A DNA stretch of 64,000 nucleotides. Origin: Candidatus Obscuribacterales bacterium (GTDB lineage Bacteria > Cyanobacteriota > Vampirovibrionia > Obscuribacterales > Obscuribacteraceae). Location: contig CBDDIJ010000002.1 in assembly GCA_965228855.1 (NCBI GenBank), forward strand, positions 2,048,001 to 2,112,000, written 5' to 3'. The notes beneath the pieces are model-generated. The model saw only the letters and a program-made list of their open reading frames with translations, ran no database searches and was not told the DNA's origin. Shown piece after piece: positions 18,660 to 27,781 of this stretch (positions are counted from its first letter, which is position 1; each line of letters begins with the position of its first letter). The translations under genes and the position numbers were made by a program.

Positions 18660-18980
18660 ATGGATACTTTCACCCAGGCATCGATGTATGGAACTACGCC
18701 TCTTGAAGAGAAGGCGGAACAGTTTGCATCGCTTTTGCGCGCCGGTCTTGAGGATGAGTTCGCAAAGCAGTTTCAGCGCTCGACAGCCGGTATGGATGAA
18801 TGCCAGGCGGATGCGCTCATAGCGCTGGTCAATATGCGCCTTTCCAATGGCATTCGGCGTCGCGATCTGAAGGTTGTCATCGCACGCAAGGCTGATAGTC
18901 CAAACACTGTCACGGTGCTAGACCGTTCGCGCTTCTTCGGCAGCGGATGGTCGGTTGCGCGCCAGACTTTTGCGATTTAA
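18660..18980 (+). CDS. Hypothetical protein
   Basis: 106-aa ATG ORF filling an intergenic gap, with normal composition. Confidence 0.55.
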   Translation: MDTFTQASMYGTTPLEEKAEQFASLLRAGLEDEFAKQFQRSTAGMDECQADALIALVNMRLSNGIRRRDLKVVIARKADSPNTVTVLDRSRFFGSGWSVARQTFAI

Positions 18981-19096
18981 AACTGAAAGCGTTTCCCAAG
19001 CTTTAACCTTGTAAAACAGAATCGCGGGTTCGCGAGGTTGTATATTATGAGGATTATTTTTCGCGCGTCACAGAACGCCGCCAGCAGGAGAACGCC

Positions 19097-20284
19097 ATGC
19101 AGTCTCAGACGAGAAAGACCGGTTCGGCTAAAGCCAATCAGTTCAAAGAGTCGGTTATCCGAGAAATGTCGCGGCTTGCGGCGCAGCATAAAGCTGTCAA
19201 TTTAGCCCAGGGTCTTCCTGATTTCGCGGCACCACTCGAACTTAAGGAAGCGGCTATAAAAGCCATTCTTGACGACGTCAATCAGTACGCAATCACGTGG
19301 GGCGATAGACCTTTTCGCGAGGCGATCGCCGCAAAAACAAAAAACTATCTAGGACTGACTATCGATCCGGAGAAAAACATCACGGTCACCTGCGGGGCTA
19401 CCGAGGCGATGGTCGCAGGTATGCTGGCACTCGTGGATCCTGATGAAGAGGTCATAGTCTTCGAACCCTTTTATGAAAACTATGGACCCGATGCCATCTT
19501 ATCCGGTGCAAAACCGCGCTACGTAAAACTAAATGCACCAAACTGGGACTTTGACGAAGATGAGCTCAGGCAGGCGTTTAACAGTAAGACGCGAGCGATT
19601 ATCGTCAACACTCCTCACAATCCAACCGGCAAAGTTTTCAAAAAAGAAGAGCTGGAGTTTATCGCAAGCCTATGCCAAAAGCACGGTGTGCTGTGCTTTA
19701 CCGATGAGATTTATGAGCACATTTTGTACGATGATGCAAAGCATATTGCGATGGCTTCGATTCCGGGAATGGAAGATTTGACTGTCACGATCAACAGTTT
19801 ATCCAAAACATACAGTGTCACAGGTTGGCGTGTGGGCTGGGCAATCGCTCATGAAGACTTGACCTTGCCGATACGAAAAGTTCACGATTTCCTGACGGTT
19901 GGATCACCTGCACCACTTCAGCGTGCGGGAGCAGCCGCCGTTAATTTGCCACAGAAATTTTATTCTGACATGCATGAAGAATACGCAATTCGTCGTAAGG
20001 TAATGCTAGAAATCCTTGATGAGTCAGGCATTCCGTACTACAAGCCGGAAGGCGCCTATTACGTTTTCTGTGACGTAAGAAAGTTTGGTTACAAAGACGA
20101 TTTAGCAATCACCAAGCATCTAGTGCGAGAAGTTGGTGTGGCTGTTGTGCCTGGAAGCAGTTTCTTCCGCAAATCCGAAACAGAGGAAGCTAGGCACTTC
20201 ATCAGATTCTGCTTCAGCAGAAAGATGGAGACGCTTGAAACTGCTCGCGAACGGTTGAAGAAGTTGGCGCCATTCAAAGCTTAG
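19097..20284 (+). CDS. PLP-dependent aminotransferase class I/II (YbdL/methionine aminotransferase-like)
   Basis: VNLAQGLPDF, VTCGATEA, NTPHNPTGKV, DEIYEH, SLSKTYSVTGWRVG and IRFCF. Confidence 0.92.
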   Translation: MQSQTRKTGSAKANQFKESVIREMSRLAAQHKAVNLAQGLPDFAAPLELKEAAIKAILDDVNQYAITWGDRPFREAIAAKTKNYLGLTIDPEKNITVTCGATEAMVAGMLALVDPDEEVIVFEPFYENYGPDAILSGAKPRYVKLNAPNWDFDEDELRQAFNSKTRAIIVNTPHNPTGKVFKKEELEFIASLCQKHGVLCFTDEIYEHILYDDAKHIAMASIPGMEDLTVTINSLSKTYSVTGWRVGWAIAHEDLTLPIRKVHDFLTVGSPAPLQRAGAAAVNLPQKFYSDMHEEYAIRRKVMLEILDESGIPYYKPEGAYYVFCDVRKFGYKDDLAITKHLVREVGVAVVPGSSFFRKSETEEARHFIRFCFSRKMETLETARERLKKLAPFKA

Positions 20285-20355
20285 AGTATGCAGCGTTCCG
20301 CTAGAAACTTAGAGTAAATGCACTTGAAACTGGAACGTCTTTTCGGAGCCGTGAT

Positions 20356-20724
20356 TTATTGAATCACGCCGACTGCCTGTAACAATCCGACGATTACTAT
20401 AACTTCAGCGATGCTGCAGATCACGAGCATCATGCCCGATGGCATGAATTTTTTCGTCTTCGCCAAACGCGACGCAAACATACCGTCGAGAAGGAAGAGA
20501 AGTACCGTAGCTGCAACCAAGCCGGCTCTCAAATCTGCCTGGGTTACGAAAAAGCTTACTGCCAGGAGGATACCGCTGATTACACCGGCAATGAGAGAGG
20601 CTTTACTCTTTGCTTTTACAAAGCCCATGATGCCGCCGAGCGCGACTAAAATTGCAGTACCGAGAATTGTGTACTGTGCGATGGGAATGAATTGACCTAC
20701 GGCGGCGCCTGTTTCTGGATTCAT
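20356..20724 (-). CDS. TMEM14 family membrane protein
   Basis: LGGIMGFVKAKSKASLIAG and RLAKTKKFMPSG signature. Confidence 0.85.
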   Translation of the reverse strand: MNPETGAAVGQFIPIAQYTILGTAILVALGGIMGFVKAKSKASLIAGVISGILLAVSFFVTQADLRAGLVAATVLLFLLDGMFASRLAKTKKFMPSGMMLVICSIAEVIVIVGLLQAVGVIQ

Positions 20725-20807
20725 TGAGATTTATCCTTTGCTATTTGCTTCAGATTCTAGCGCGTTAAGCAGCGTCTCAAAGTGAAGGCGGTTTCAAGTT
20801 CTTGCAT

Positions 20808-22424
20808 TCAATGCCCCGAATTCGGTTGTAGAGTTCCGTTAGCCGCCTTTTCAAGCTTCATGTCGCGGCCAATCGTTAACGGCGCAGAGCCGGGTTTCGT
20901 CAAGCTGAATTGATCTACCACTTTGCCGTCTCCGGTGATCTGCGACATTTTGAGCGTTCTGTCGTTGATGTCAACCAGCGAAAAGGAATGCGCATAAACG
21001 AATTTATGAATGAACGGCGCCATTAAAGCGTTGTCTTTTTCCTGATACAAATTTGCGCCACCACCTCCGGTGACAATGTAGATGATGCCGTTGGGCATTG
21101 TATTTGTTTTGCCGTCAAATTTTTTGTCGAATGTAAATGAACCCGCTACTGCATCCTGATATGGTCCAGGGGCAAGCTTCTTCAAGTCAGGTTTGAATCG
21201 TAACGGTATTGTTCTCTGGTAGCAATGAGCGTGTCCTGCGAAAACAATGTCAACGTTGTGTTTTTCAAAGATGTCCGAGAGAAGACGCATGCGTTGTTCG
21301 TCTGCGTGTGACTCGTCGACGCTGAATCCGGGCTGGTGAAAGGTGGCAAATTTCCAGGTTGCATTCTTCGCTTTGGCAAGGTCGTCGTCGACCCACTGGC
21401 GCGTCTTCTCGTCGGTCCAGTCCATGTAGCCGTTGCCGTCAAGAACAATCCAATGAGAATTTCCATAGTCGAAAGAATAGTTTGCCATCACCGGAAAGCG
21501 CTTGCCGGCTGCCTTAACGAAGCTCAGTTGATTTGCTGCACTACCACCCAATCGGGTTGTGTTCTTCGCGTTAATCAGTTTGGTCGGTCCGTTTAGTGGT
21601 GAAGACCATAACAAATAATATCCGAGCGCATCTGGAAATCTTGAGAGATTGACTCCCTGTCCTGGATTCGTGAGTGCTACATCATGGTTTCCAATGACGG
21701 GCATCGTGAGTACGGAGCGCATAAGCGGTGCGCCGCTCGCTGGAGAATTCGCGTCGGAGTTCATGATTGGAAAAAATCTGTAGAGGTATTCGGAAACCAG
21801 ACCTCTGTCATAGACGATGTCCCCAGGGATTACGAACAGGTCCGGTTTCTTCAAGGCAATTTGATGCGCTACTTTTTTCTGTCCGCTTGATCCGGAACCG
21901 ATATCGCCGACGATGGCAAATCGAAATGGCTGTTTCTCCGATTTTCGAGCGATGGCCTGAGACTGAAAAGCACTTTTCCCATCTCGCGAGAGCCTGTAAG
22001 AGAAAGGTTTTCCTGGAATCAGGTTGGTAACTTTAGCGGTAAATCGAAAAATTGGTTGACCTGCGATGAAGCCCATTTGCAAGGCTTCCTCGATCTTCCC
22101 TTCTTCCCAGCTCGCATTGTTTTTCGGATCGCATTCCACTTTCCATAGTTTCGCTGCATCTGCGTCTTTTTCGATTGACAGCCAGATTACCACCACTGAT
22201 TCCGACTTTTGTAGTTTCGATTCGTTGCCGAGTTGAATATATGGCTTTACGATGAACGCACTACTTTCAGCTTGTGCGCCGGCCTGCTGCGCTGTAAATT
22301 TATTGGTCAACCAGGGGCTGACAAGCAGCGCTGCCGCTAGTATCAACAGTGAAGTTCTAAAGCGCTTCGCGGCGCGTTCCTTTCTTCCGCTAATCTTTAA
22401 AAAGTCGGAATTGATAAATGTCAC
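20808..22424 (-). CDS. Secreted calcineurin-like metallophosphoesterase (purple acid phosphatase-like)
   Basis: VGDIG, PGDIVY, IGNHD, FHQP and AGHAHCYQR motifs, plus a signal peptide. Start uncertain (GTG 22424; ORF open to 22484). Confidence 0.88.
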   Translation of the reverse strand: MTFINSDFLKISGRKERAAKRFRTSLLILAAALLVSPWLTNKFTAQQAGAQAESSAFIVKPYIQLGNESKLQKSESVVVIWLSIEKDADAAKLWKVECDPKNNASWEEGKIEEALQMGFIAGQPIFRFTAKVTNLIPGKPFSYRLSRDGKSAFQSQAIARKSEKQPFRFAIVGDIGSGSSGQKKVAHQIALKKPDLFVIPGDIVYDRGLVSEYLYRFFPIMNSDANSPASGAPLMRSVLTMPVIGNHDVALTNPGQGVNLSRFPDALGYYLLWSSPLNGPTKLINAKNTTRLGGSAANQLSFVKAAGKRFPVMANYSFDYGNSHWIVLDGNGYMDWTDEKTRQWVDDDLAKAKNATWKFATFHQPGFSVDESHADEQRMRLLSDIFEKHNVDIVFAGHAHCYQRTIPLRFKPDLKKLAPGPYQDAVAGSFTFDKKFDGKTNTMPNGIIYIVTGGGGANLYQEKDNALMAPFIHKFVYAHSFSLVDINDRTLKMSQITGDGKVVDQFSLTKPGSAPLTIGRDMKLEKAANGTLQPNSGH

Positions 22425-22543
22425 TTCGAGTCTCCGGGAGCCTGTGAGATGCATTAAGATAGCGCTTTGAACTTGGAGTTTCATTATTCAATACAATTTG
22501 AATAAGAATAATTTGCCTGTTGAATCAGGATTGATTTACTCGA

Positions 22544-22942
22544 ATGAGCGACGACGAAATATTCATATGTCCAGTGTGCGAGGCTGAGAATCGCCAGAGT
22601 GCTCGCTTTTGCCGGCGCTGTGGTCGCAGCCGCTTAATATTGGAACGCGAAGAACGCGGGGAGACTGCGCCGGCAAAGCCGACCTTGCTTACCTGTGCGC
22701 GCTGTACCGCTCCTGTTCGAGTGACCGACAGCTACTGCTCGTATTGCGGAGACGCCCAGCCGTACCGCATTCTTGCCGACATGAAGGTATGTCGTGACTG
22801 CGGTGTTCAAATGCCGGAGGTCGCCAATTTCTGTTATTCGTGCGGAGTGGATGTCGCTAACCACTCTCCGAAGCAAGTGCCTGTTCCAGTTGCGCTTTTC
22901 GAAGAAGAGGATCCCGATAACTTTCCTCAATTCGAAGCTTAG
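22544..22942 (+). CDS. Triple zinc-ribbon (DZR-type) protein
   Basis: Three CxxC-x10-CxxCG modules and an acidic C-terminal tail. Confidence 0.8.
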   Translation: MSDDEIFICPVCEAENRQSARFCRRCGRSRLILEREERGETAPAKPTLLTCARCTAPVRVTDSYCSYCGDAQPYRILADMKVCRDCGVQMPEVANFCYSCGVDVANHSPKQVPVPVALFEEEDPDNFPQFEA

Positions 22943-22989
22943 CACCACCTGTAGTGTCAGTGCCGAGGCGGTTATCGGTTTAAACTTTA

Positions 22990-23062
<73 letters not shown>

Positions 23063-23199
23063 GCGGTTCTTCGATGGTGCAGGTCTTCAGCCCTTGAGGA
23101 CCAAGCGATTAACACCAACGAGGATTTATACTACCACACCCTGACTCAACAGTTTTGAGTCGAAGGGTTCAGGTTCAATCTCGGAAACAAATTATCAAT

Positions 23200-23910
23200 T
23201 CAATAGGTTGGCGAGTAGTTCGTGGGTGCCATCGAATAGGTCGGCGTCGCCTGGGCTTGCACGTAGGTACGGTTGCTGATTGCGGCAATTCTAAGATTTT
23301 CGTTTTCGTTCTTTACAAGAAAATCCGTGACAACCTGGCTGGTATTGGCAGGCTGGCCATTCATTTGAAGAACCAGTGAGCCTTTCATGGAGACCACTAC
23401 TGTTCCATCCGGATTTATCGCCTGGGGTTCGATCGAAACTGGCTGGAAAGCAGCAACCAATCTGCCGGAACTGATTCCCTCGGCCATGGCGTCATTCCAA
23501 AACGCCTGTTTGAAACTTTCTTTTGCGTCCGGCAACATCCAGAGAAACGCTTGTTCATGATTCTTTGTTGCTGTTGTTGCCTGGAAATCCATTGCGCCAC
23601 CCAGCCACCATTTCACGAAATCAGCGGCCTTGGTAGGTTCGAGTGCGACTTGCGGTGCTGGAGCTGCCTGCTGCGGCTGGGATTGCGCTTGAGCATGAGG
23701 TCCTCTGGATTGAGCCTGAGCGGCGTCACCGCCCTGTCCAGGAGGCATCATTGCGCTTTCAGGAAGCTTCTCTTCAGTGTTCTTAGAATGCCCCGATTCG
23801 TCGTTGCTGCCCGCCAGGAAGACGCCCAGTATTCCAACGATAACGAGACCCATTAAGATTTTGTCTCGCAGGACCCGCTGAATAATTGCTCTAATAACTT
23901 CTTGAATCAT
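23200..23910 (-). CDS. Single-TM protein with Gln/Pro linker and possible NTF2-like (VirB8/DotI-like) outer domain
   Basis: ATG 23910 (MIQEVIR...), TM helix, low-complexity linker, then a helix-helix-helix-beta pattern. Fold is a guess. Confidence 0.6.
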   Translation of the reverse strand: MIQEVIRAIIQRVLRDKILMGLVIVGILGVFLAGSNDESGHSKNTEEKLPESAMMPPGQGGDAAQAQSRGPHAQAQSQPQQAAPAPQVALEPTKAADFVKWWLGGAMDFQATTATKNHEQAFLWMLPDAKESFKQAFWNDAMAEGISSGRLVAAFQPVSIEPQAINPDGTVVVSMKGSLVLQMNGQPANTSQVVTDFLVKNENENLRIAAISNRTYVQAQATPTYSMAPTNYSPTY

Positions 23911-24133
23911 TTTATTTGCCGAGCCTCTGTGCGGCTTGCCTCTCTGCCGCGATGTATACAACTGATTGTGAAATCGATTGTGAGCGAAAAGGCTCAAAAA
24001 AGAAAGCCGAATATGGGAATCCTCCCATGGGTTGAGCAAATTAGTTTGAAAAGTATGAGTTTCCTGAAACGAATCGAAACCTTTTTGAAGCCCAGGTTCG
24101 CTGTACAATTGGGATGGAAAAAAGAAGCAGGCA

Positions 24134-24577
24134 ATGCGAGAGAACGAAAAACGCGAACCGCATGAACACTCTCGGGCGCCAGGATTTGAGTCCTGGGTCG
24201 CTGCTCGTTCGCCTGTGCAGGGAGGCGGAGACCGGCGCTACGAGCGCACCCTGGAGGAGATCGACGACGAAGACGATGCTCCCGAAACTTCTGCAAAAGG
24301 GCACGACAACAACAAAGTTGTAGCCGACCGAGTCAAGAATTACGTCGCTTATACGATTAAACTGCCGTCCGATCAGCTATCGGCCCTGCAATCGATCTGG
24401 TTGGAGTTGAAAAAGCTTTACGGCACGCACTCGCCTGATAAGAGCGGCATGATTCAGGCCGCAATCGACGCCTGGCTCAAACGGTGGGATGGACCCGACC
24501 GTGAGAAGCTCTTGGAGGAGTTGCTCGACATTCGCCAGAGCACCCGTCGCCGGCAGTATCGAAAAGGCAAAAATTAG
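24134..24577 (+). CDS. Hypothetical protein with possible ribbon-helix-helix C-terminal domain
   Basis: Disordered acidic N-terminus, then VAYTIKLP..QL..L...DKSGMIQAAIDAWL (strand-helix-helix pattern). Confidence 0.6.
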   Translation: MRENEKREPHEHSRAPGFESWVAARSPVQGGGDRRYERTLEEIDDEDDAPETSAKGHDNNKVVADRVKNYVAYTIKLPSDQLSALQSIWLELKKLYGTHSPDKSGMIQAAIDAWLKRWDGPDREKLLEELLDIRQSTRRRQYRKGKN

Positions 24578-24596
24578 CTCCGCCTTTGCGTTCGAT

Positions 24597-25277
24597 TTAC
24601 TCGGACTTGGCGGTAGTCGGTTCTTGAGGAGCTTGAGTCAGCTCAGGCTGTTTAGCTGCGCGCGACGATTCAGGCTTCAGGTGGTGCCACAGGTAGTAGC
24701 CGAAGCCGGCGACACAGAAGAGAACGATGGCAATGTCGAATTTGTGCCAGTACTCTTTGAACATCTCCATGTTCTTGCCGAATTCGATGCCCACCCAGGT
24801 CAGGAAATAGCACCAGACCAATGAGCCGATAAAGGTGAAGACCGTAAACATCAAGAAGTGGGCTTTCAACACGCCTGCCGGAAATGAGATGAAGGTGCGA
24901 ACCACGGGCAGCATGCGGCAGATGAAGAATACGACATCTCCGTACTTGTTGACCCACTTGTCAGCAAGCTCCAGATCGCGGGATTTGAGCAGGAAATAGC
25001 GACCGTATTTTTCAAGAAATGGTCTGCCGCCCCACATTCCCAGGAAATATGAGGGGATGGAACCGATTACGCAACCTACCGCACCGGCGAGTGCCGCCAG
25101 GTGGATGTCCATTTTGCCCTGCTGCACCAGAATGCCTGCGGTAGGCATGATTGCTTCGGAAGGCAGCGGTATGTTGGCGGATTCAATCGCCATCATGATC
25201 ATGACCGCCATGTACCCGCCATGCTCGACGCCGCTTTTGATCCACTCCAGAATCGGGTCTATATATTGATGGAGCAC
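24597..25277 (-). CDS. dedA: DedA family membrane protein
   Basis: ESANIPLPSE, GGRPFLEKYG and CRMLPVVRTFISFPAG. Confidence 0.92.
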   Translation of the reverse strand: MLHQYIDPILEWIKSGVEHGGYMAVMIMMAIESANIPLPSEAIMPTAGILVQQGKMDIHLAALAGAVGCVIGSIPSYFLGMWGGRPFLEKYGRYFLLKSRDLELADKWVNKYGDVVFFICRMLPVVRTFISFPAGVLKAHFLMFTVFTFIGSLVWCYFLTWVGIEFGKNMEMFKEYWHKFDIAIVLFCVAGFGYYLWHHLKPESSRAAKQPELTQAPQEPTTAKSE

Positions 25278-25474
25278 TTCGGATACCTCGTATTCCGTGT
25301 CGCATGAATGATCTGCGCGTAGATTCTACTCTTTCGCGCGTTGGATGCCGTTAGGAATCTCTCACGCTAGGCGCCTGGCGTCTTTCGATGCCCACCGGTC
25401 TAGCTTGCGCGGACAACTAATTTCTGATCACCTCATTGCAAAACGGTTATATTTAAACGACATACGGTCAAATT

Positions 25475-27547
25475 ATGTCTACTGAAACCACCACAACCCA
25501 CCGCGCAACACTACACTTCACCCTGGCGACAGCCGGTCACGTCGATCATGGCAAAACCAGCGTCCTGAGAGCTCTGACGGGAACAGACCCCGATCGTCTG
25601 AAAGAGGAAAAGGAACGTGAGATGACAATCGACCTCGGTTTTGCGCATATGCGCGCAACCCGGGGAGATATTGAAACTGCAGATAAAGCGCTGGGTGTTC
25701 GTTTTGAAGCGAGCTTTACCGACGGCGAAGATATCGACGAGGCGGAGCTTATCATCGGTTTCGTTGATGTACCTGGCCACGGGAAGTTCTTGAAGAATAT
25801 GCTTGCCGGTGTTGGTGGCATGGATCTGGCACTGCTGGTAGTGGCAGCCGATGAAGGTGTTATGCCTCAAACAATCCAACACGTCAAGATTCTTACGCTG
25901 CTCGGTGTTCGTGAGTGCATTCTGGTCATGAATAAAACCGACCTCGCCGATTCAGACCAGCGCGAGTTAGCTACCGAAGAAGCTCATCAGCTCTTGCAGC
26001 GTCTGGGCATTCATGTTTTAGAAACCGTTCCATTCTCCTGCTCGAACAATGATTCCACTCAGTCGTTGAAAAACGCCATCATTCGTCATGTCCTCTCTTT
26101 ACCTTCTCGTGACAGGCGACTTGACGCGACTGGAAAAATGTTGCCGTCGTTTTTATCCATCGACCGAGTTTTCTCGAAAGCTGGTTACGGTGCGGTTGTT
26201 ACAGGCACATTAACCAGGGGGATAATCAAAGTCGGCGATGAAGTTCAGATCGAACCGGGAAGTATAAGCGCACGTGTGCGCGGCTTGCAAACCTTTTCGC
26301 ATAAGCTGGACAGGGCGTTTCCAGGCCAGCGCCTGGCTATCAATCTGTCACTGAAGGAAAATAAATCGATAGAGCGTGGGCAGGCAGTAGTAGGCGACAA
26401 AACGGCTCCGGTCAACACGCTTATCGTACAACTCACCGATTTGGGTGGTCTGGAGTCATCTAAAGATCTGCCGGGCGTGCAATTGAAACCTCAAAATGTT
26501 CGCTTCTATCATGGCACTGCAGAACGTTACGCTGTGCTTCGCTGGCTGCAGAAGCTTGACGTTGATAATGAAAATGAACTGCGCCAGGCATTGATAGGGC
26601 AGCTGGTTCTTTCAGAGCCGGTCATCGCTGGACCTGGTGAAAAATTTGTCCTTAGATACGGCGATTATGGTATCGCAGGTGGTGAGATCCTCATCACCGC
26701 TCGTCCTAGATGGCTGTCACGTGCCATGTTGAAGTCGCTTGCAGAGAAAATCTGGATTGGAGACCTGGAGTCTTCGGCTCTCGATTTCATAAACATGGCG
26801 CCGCAACGTAGCCTCGCTCAGGACATCATGAACTCACTTCTTCCCGACTTTGATCGCCGCCGGGTTTTAAAGCAACTGACAGAAAAGGGGCTCATTGAAA
26901 AGCTCGGAGAGCAACTCATCACCAGGGATGAAAAGCAAGAGCTGATAGGAAAGGTTTTAGAGTTTCTGAAAAGCGCTGCTGACAATAATCCAAGAGACCC
27001 GGCTGTGTCGCAGGAAAAGCTCAAGGTTGAAATTGCTCCGCTTGTCGATCGTCTGGTGTTTCAAAACATCGTGAAAGAACTGCTTGCCTCCAACCAAGTG
27101 GTTAAGGTGGAAGAAAAGCTTGGATTGCCTAATGGCAAAGATGCCGATGCGAAGGTCGATGACGAACTGTCGCCGGTTTCCGCACGTATACAGGAGTTAT
27201 TAAACGATAACTTCTGTCTTGAAATCTCCGAACTGGCCGCGCAGTCCGGCTTCAAGCAACAAGACGTTATGGATTCGCTTTCTCGGCTTCAGAAAGAAGG
27301 GAAGGCTGCTGTTGTCGCGCACGAATTCGCTTCCAACAGTGCCTCGATTCTGGAAGCGCACAGGGCACTGGCGCTTATCTGGGGCAAGCAGCGTAATATC
27401 AGTCCCGGAGACTTCCGTGAGCAGTTAGGTGTTTCACGGAAGTATGCGATGGCGCTTCTCGCTTATTTTGATGACAGTAAGGTGACACGGCGACTACCAA
27501 CTGGACGCGTCTTGATGAAGGCGCCGCCGGTCTCCCCGCCGCAATAG
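25475..27547 (+). CDS. selB: Selenocysteine-specific translation elongation factor SelB
   Basis: [53 protein letters not shown] and a C-terminal winged helix [20 protein letters not shown]. Confidence 0.93.
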   Translation: MSTETTTTHRATLHFTLATAGHVDHGKTSVLRALTGTDPDRLKEEKEREMTIDLGFAHMRATRGDIETADKALGVRFEASFTDGEDIDEAELIIGFVDVPGHGKFLKNMLAGVGGMDLALLVVAADEGVMPQTIQHVKILTLLGVRECILVMNKTDLADSDQRELATEEAHQLLQRLGIHVLETVPFSCSNNDSTQSLKNAIIRHVLSLPSRDRRLDATGKMLPSFLSIDRVFSKAGYGAVVTGTLTRGIIKVGDEVQIEPGSISARVRGLQTFSHKLDRAFPGQRLAINLSLKENKSIERGQAVVGDKTAPVNTLIVQLTDLGGLESSKDLPGVQLKPQNVRFYHGTAERYAVLRWLQKLDVDNENELRQALIGQLVLSEPVIAGPGEKFVLRYGDYGIAGGEILITARPRWLSRAMLKSLAEKIWIGDLESSALDFINMAPQRSLAQDIMNSLLPDFDRRRVLKQLTEKGLIEKLGEQLITRDEKQELIGKVLEFLKSAADNNPRDPAVSQEKLKVEIAPLVDRLVFQNIVKELLASNQVVKVEEKLGLPNGKDADAKVDDELSPVSARIQELLNDNFCLEISELAAQSGFKQQDVMDSLSRLQKEGKAAVVAHEFASNSASILEAHRALALIWGKQRNISPGDFREQLGVSRKYAMALLAYFDDSKVTRRLPTGRVLMKAPPVSPPQ

Positions 27548-27688
27548 ACAGGACAATTAAGCGATTATGAAGGAACACGACATTGTCAAGCGGTTGCAAT
27601 ATACTAGGTTCATCAAGGTTATTTCGTGAGTTGGCAAATAAGACTGATACTACTGGCGGTGCCGGTGGTGTTCACCTGGTTTAAGGCG

Positions 27689-27725
27689 AAAACGAGAAGG
27701 CTCCCGCAAGGGAGCCTTCCGTTTT
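27689..27725. terminator. Bidirectional intrinsic terminator between convergent selB and kinase genes
   Basis: GAAGGCTCCC-GCAA-GGGAGCCTTC 10-bp stem flanked by AAAAC and CGTTTT. Confidence 0.8.
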
Positions 27726-27781
27726 AAACCTTTTGAACCTTTTGAACCTTGTGCATGAAACGTCGGCGCTTGTTCGCGGGC

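Noticed and set aside
23911..24108. N-terminal extension of ORF 23200..24108
   Set aside because: It spans the AT-rich divergent promoter gap; ATG 23910 just before the TM helix is the more plausible start.
27550..27780. tRNA-Sec (selC) downstream of selB
   Set aside because: No cloverleaf, TCA anticodon arm or T-loop; only a terminator hairpin.
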